From IMG/VR virus record IMGVR_UViG_3300045988_016718: DNA of 64,000 nt; one strand, 5' to 3'. The notes under the pieces were generated by a model. The model ran no database searches and was not told the origin of the DNA. It saw only the letters and a list, made by a program, of their open reading frames with translations. A program made the position numbers and the translations under genes. This DNA is from a virus. Position 1 is the first letter of the stretch, and every line of letters begins with the position of its first letter. This document shows, one piece after another, positions 63,269 through 64,000 of the stretch.

Positions 63269-64000
63269 TTACTGTCCTATATTCTTAAATAAGGTAGGAA
63301 CTTGACCATAAATAGGAAGTTTTCCATCCCATTTATCAATCCACATCTGCTCAAGAATAGCAGGAGTAAGAGCTTTAGTCTTAAGCTCATTAGCTTTATA
63401 TTCAGCTTCAGCAGCTACAATAAGTTTCTTGGCTTGTGCTTCTGCTACCCTGATTTCATTCTCTACTTTCATTGCATCCTGTACAGCCTTGTTCTTGGCA
63501 TTTACAGCCTCTACAATAGTTTGAGGATATTTGAGTCCAGAAGTTAGTTGCTCAAGTTGGAAGTTTTCTTTAAGTAATGCTGCTGACAAATGAGTCTCAA
63601 TTGCTCTTTCTATACTATCCCTATTACTTACAATATAATCAGTGGTGAAGTTATTCAATTGTATCCTAAAGGCATCCCTTACATAGTTGAATAGAGTTCC
63701 TTCAATAACTTCATTCAGTTCCTTTCTATACTTCTTGAATACTTCAGGAGACTTTCCATCAACTAATTTCAATGATATAGTAGGGTCTACAGTGAACTCT
63801 GAACCATCTTTGGCATTAATTGTAAATGCTGGATAATCTACAGTCTTCACATAAGTTTCATACTCATAGATAGCTGTAGTAACAGGATTGTAAAATACTC
63901 TACCTGTAACCAAAGCAATATCACCAACACCCTTGTCATTACCATAAAGGTTTACCTTGATACCTTCACAACCAGCATCAATTCTCTCACAAGATGATAG
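63269..64000 (-). CDS. SPFH/Band-7 (prohibitin-like) domain protein, 5' end outside the window
   Basis: The track 'M' at 63913 is a TTG. I translated the frame upstream and it stays open to nt 64000 ('..IDAGCEGIKVNLYGNDKGVGDIALVTGRV'). 'VENEIRVAEAQAKKLIVAAEAEYKANEL' and 'WIDKWDGKLP' fit the C-terminal SPFH/prohibitin pattern. Confidence 0.55.
   Translation of the reverse strand, partial: LSSCERIDAGCEGIKVNLYGNDKGVGDIALVTGRVFYNPVTTAIYEYETYVKTVDYPAFTINAKDGSEFTVDPTISLKLVDGKSPEVFKKYRKELNEVIEGTLFNYVRDAFRIQLNNFTTDYIVSNRDSIERAIETHLSAALLKENFQLEQLTSGLKYPQTIVEAVNAKNKAVQDAMKVENEIRVAEAQAKKLIVAAEAEYKANELKTKALTPAILEQMWIDKWDGKLPIYGQVPTLFKNIGQ

Noticed and set aside
1-64000. tRNA/rRNA genes, CRISPR arrays, integrase/lysogeny genes, terminase/portal/capsid genes and stop-codon recoding.
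   Set aside because: The intergenic gaps are at most 151 nt, AT-rich and without cloverleaf potential. There are no repeat-spacer arrays and no recombinase or TerL motifs. All large ORFs are uninterrupted under the standard code, so nothing suggests TAG/TGA reassignment or introns in this window.

Overview
This AT-rich 64-kb window reads as an internal segment of a crAss-like (Crassvirales-type) podophage genome, probably from a Bacteroidota host. The host call rests on intergenic promoters that fit the TTTG/TAnnTTTG consensus. There are three blocks. (1) 28-22234, plus strand, holds the tail and virion module: two paralogous fibre proteins with GH16-like glycanase domains, three small structural ORFs, a 1747-aa tail hub/muzzle-type protein, and three putative cargo/ejection proteins. 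One of these is 1985 aa and carries an embedded PD-(D/E)XK nuclease domain. (2) 22282-33376, minus strand, converges on block 1 at a bidirectional terminator. It encodes a 1330-aa virion protein and a 2364-aa single-chain virion RNA polymerase with a DFDVD motif. (3) 33528-64000, minus strand, is a tightly packed replication and nucleotide-metabolism module. It encodes ThyX, dUTPase, NrdD/NrdG, UDG, family-A DNA polymerase, a Toprim primase, a DnaB-like helicase, an SF2 helicase, a Sak4-like ATPase, an EndoI-like resolvase and a PD-(D/E)XK exonuclease. It also carries several unusual accessory genes: an E1-like adenylase plus JAMM/JAB peptidase cluster, a divergent PurA/PurZ-like enzyme, a HicA-HicB-like fusion, a membrane-anchored retropepsin, a Pnk-like kinase, a DUF1599/MazG-clan protein, a vWA protein and an SPFH protein. 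I found no tRNA, rRNA, CRISPR array, integrase or terminase/capsid gene in the window. All assignments come from motifs read by eye; no database search was possible. Several track starts use non-ATG codons, and I re-set these to the ATG that fits the gene packing.
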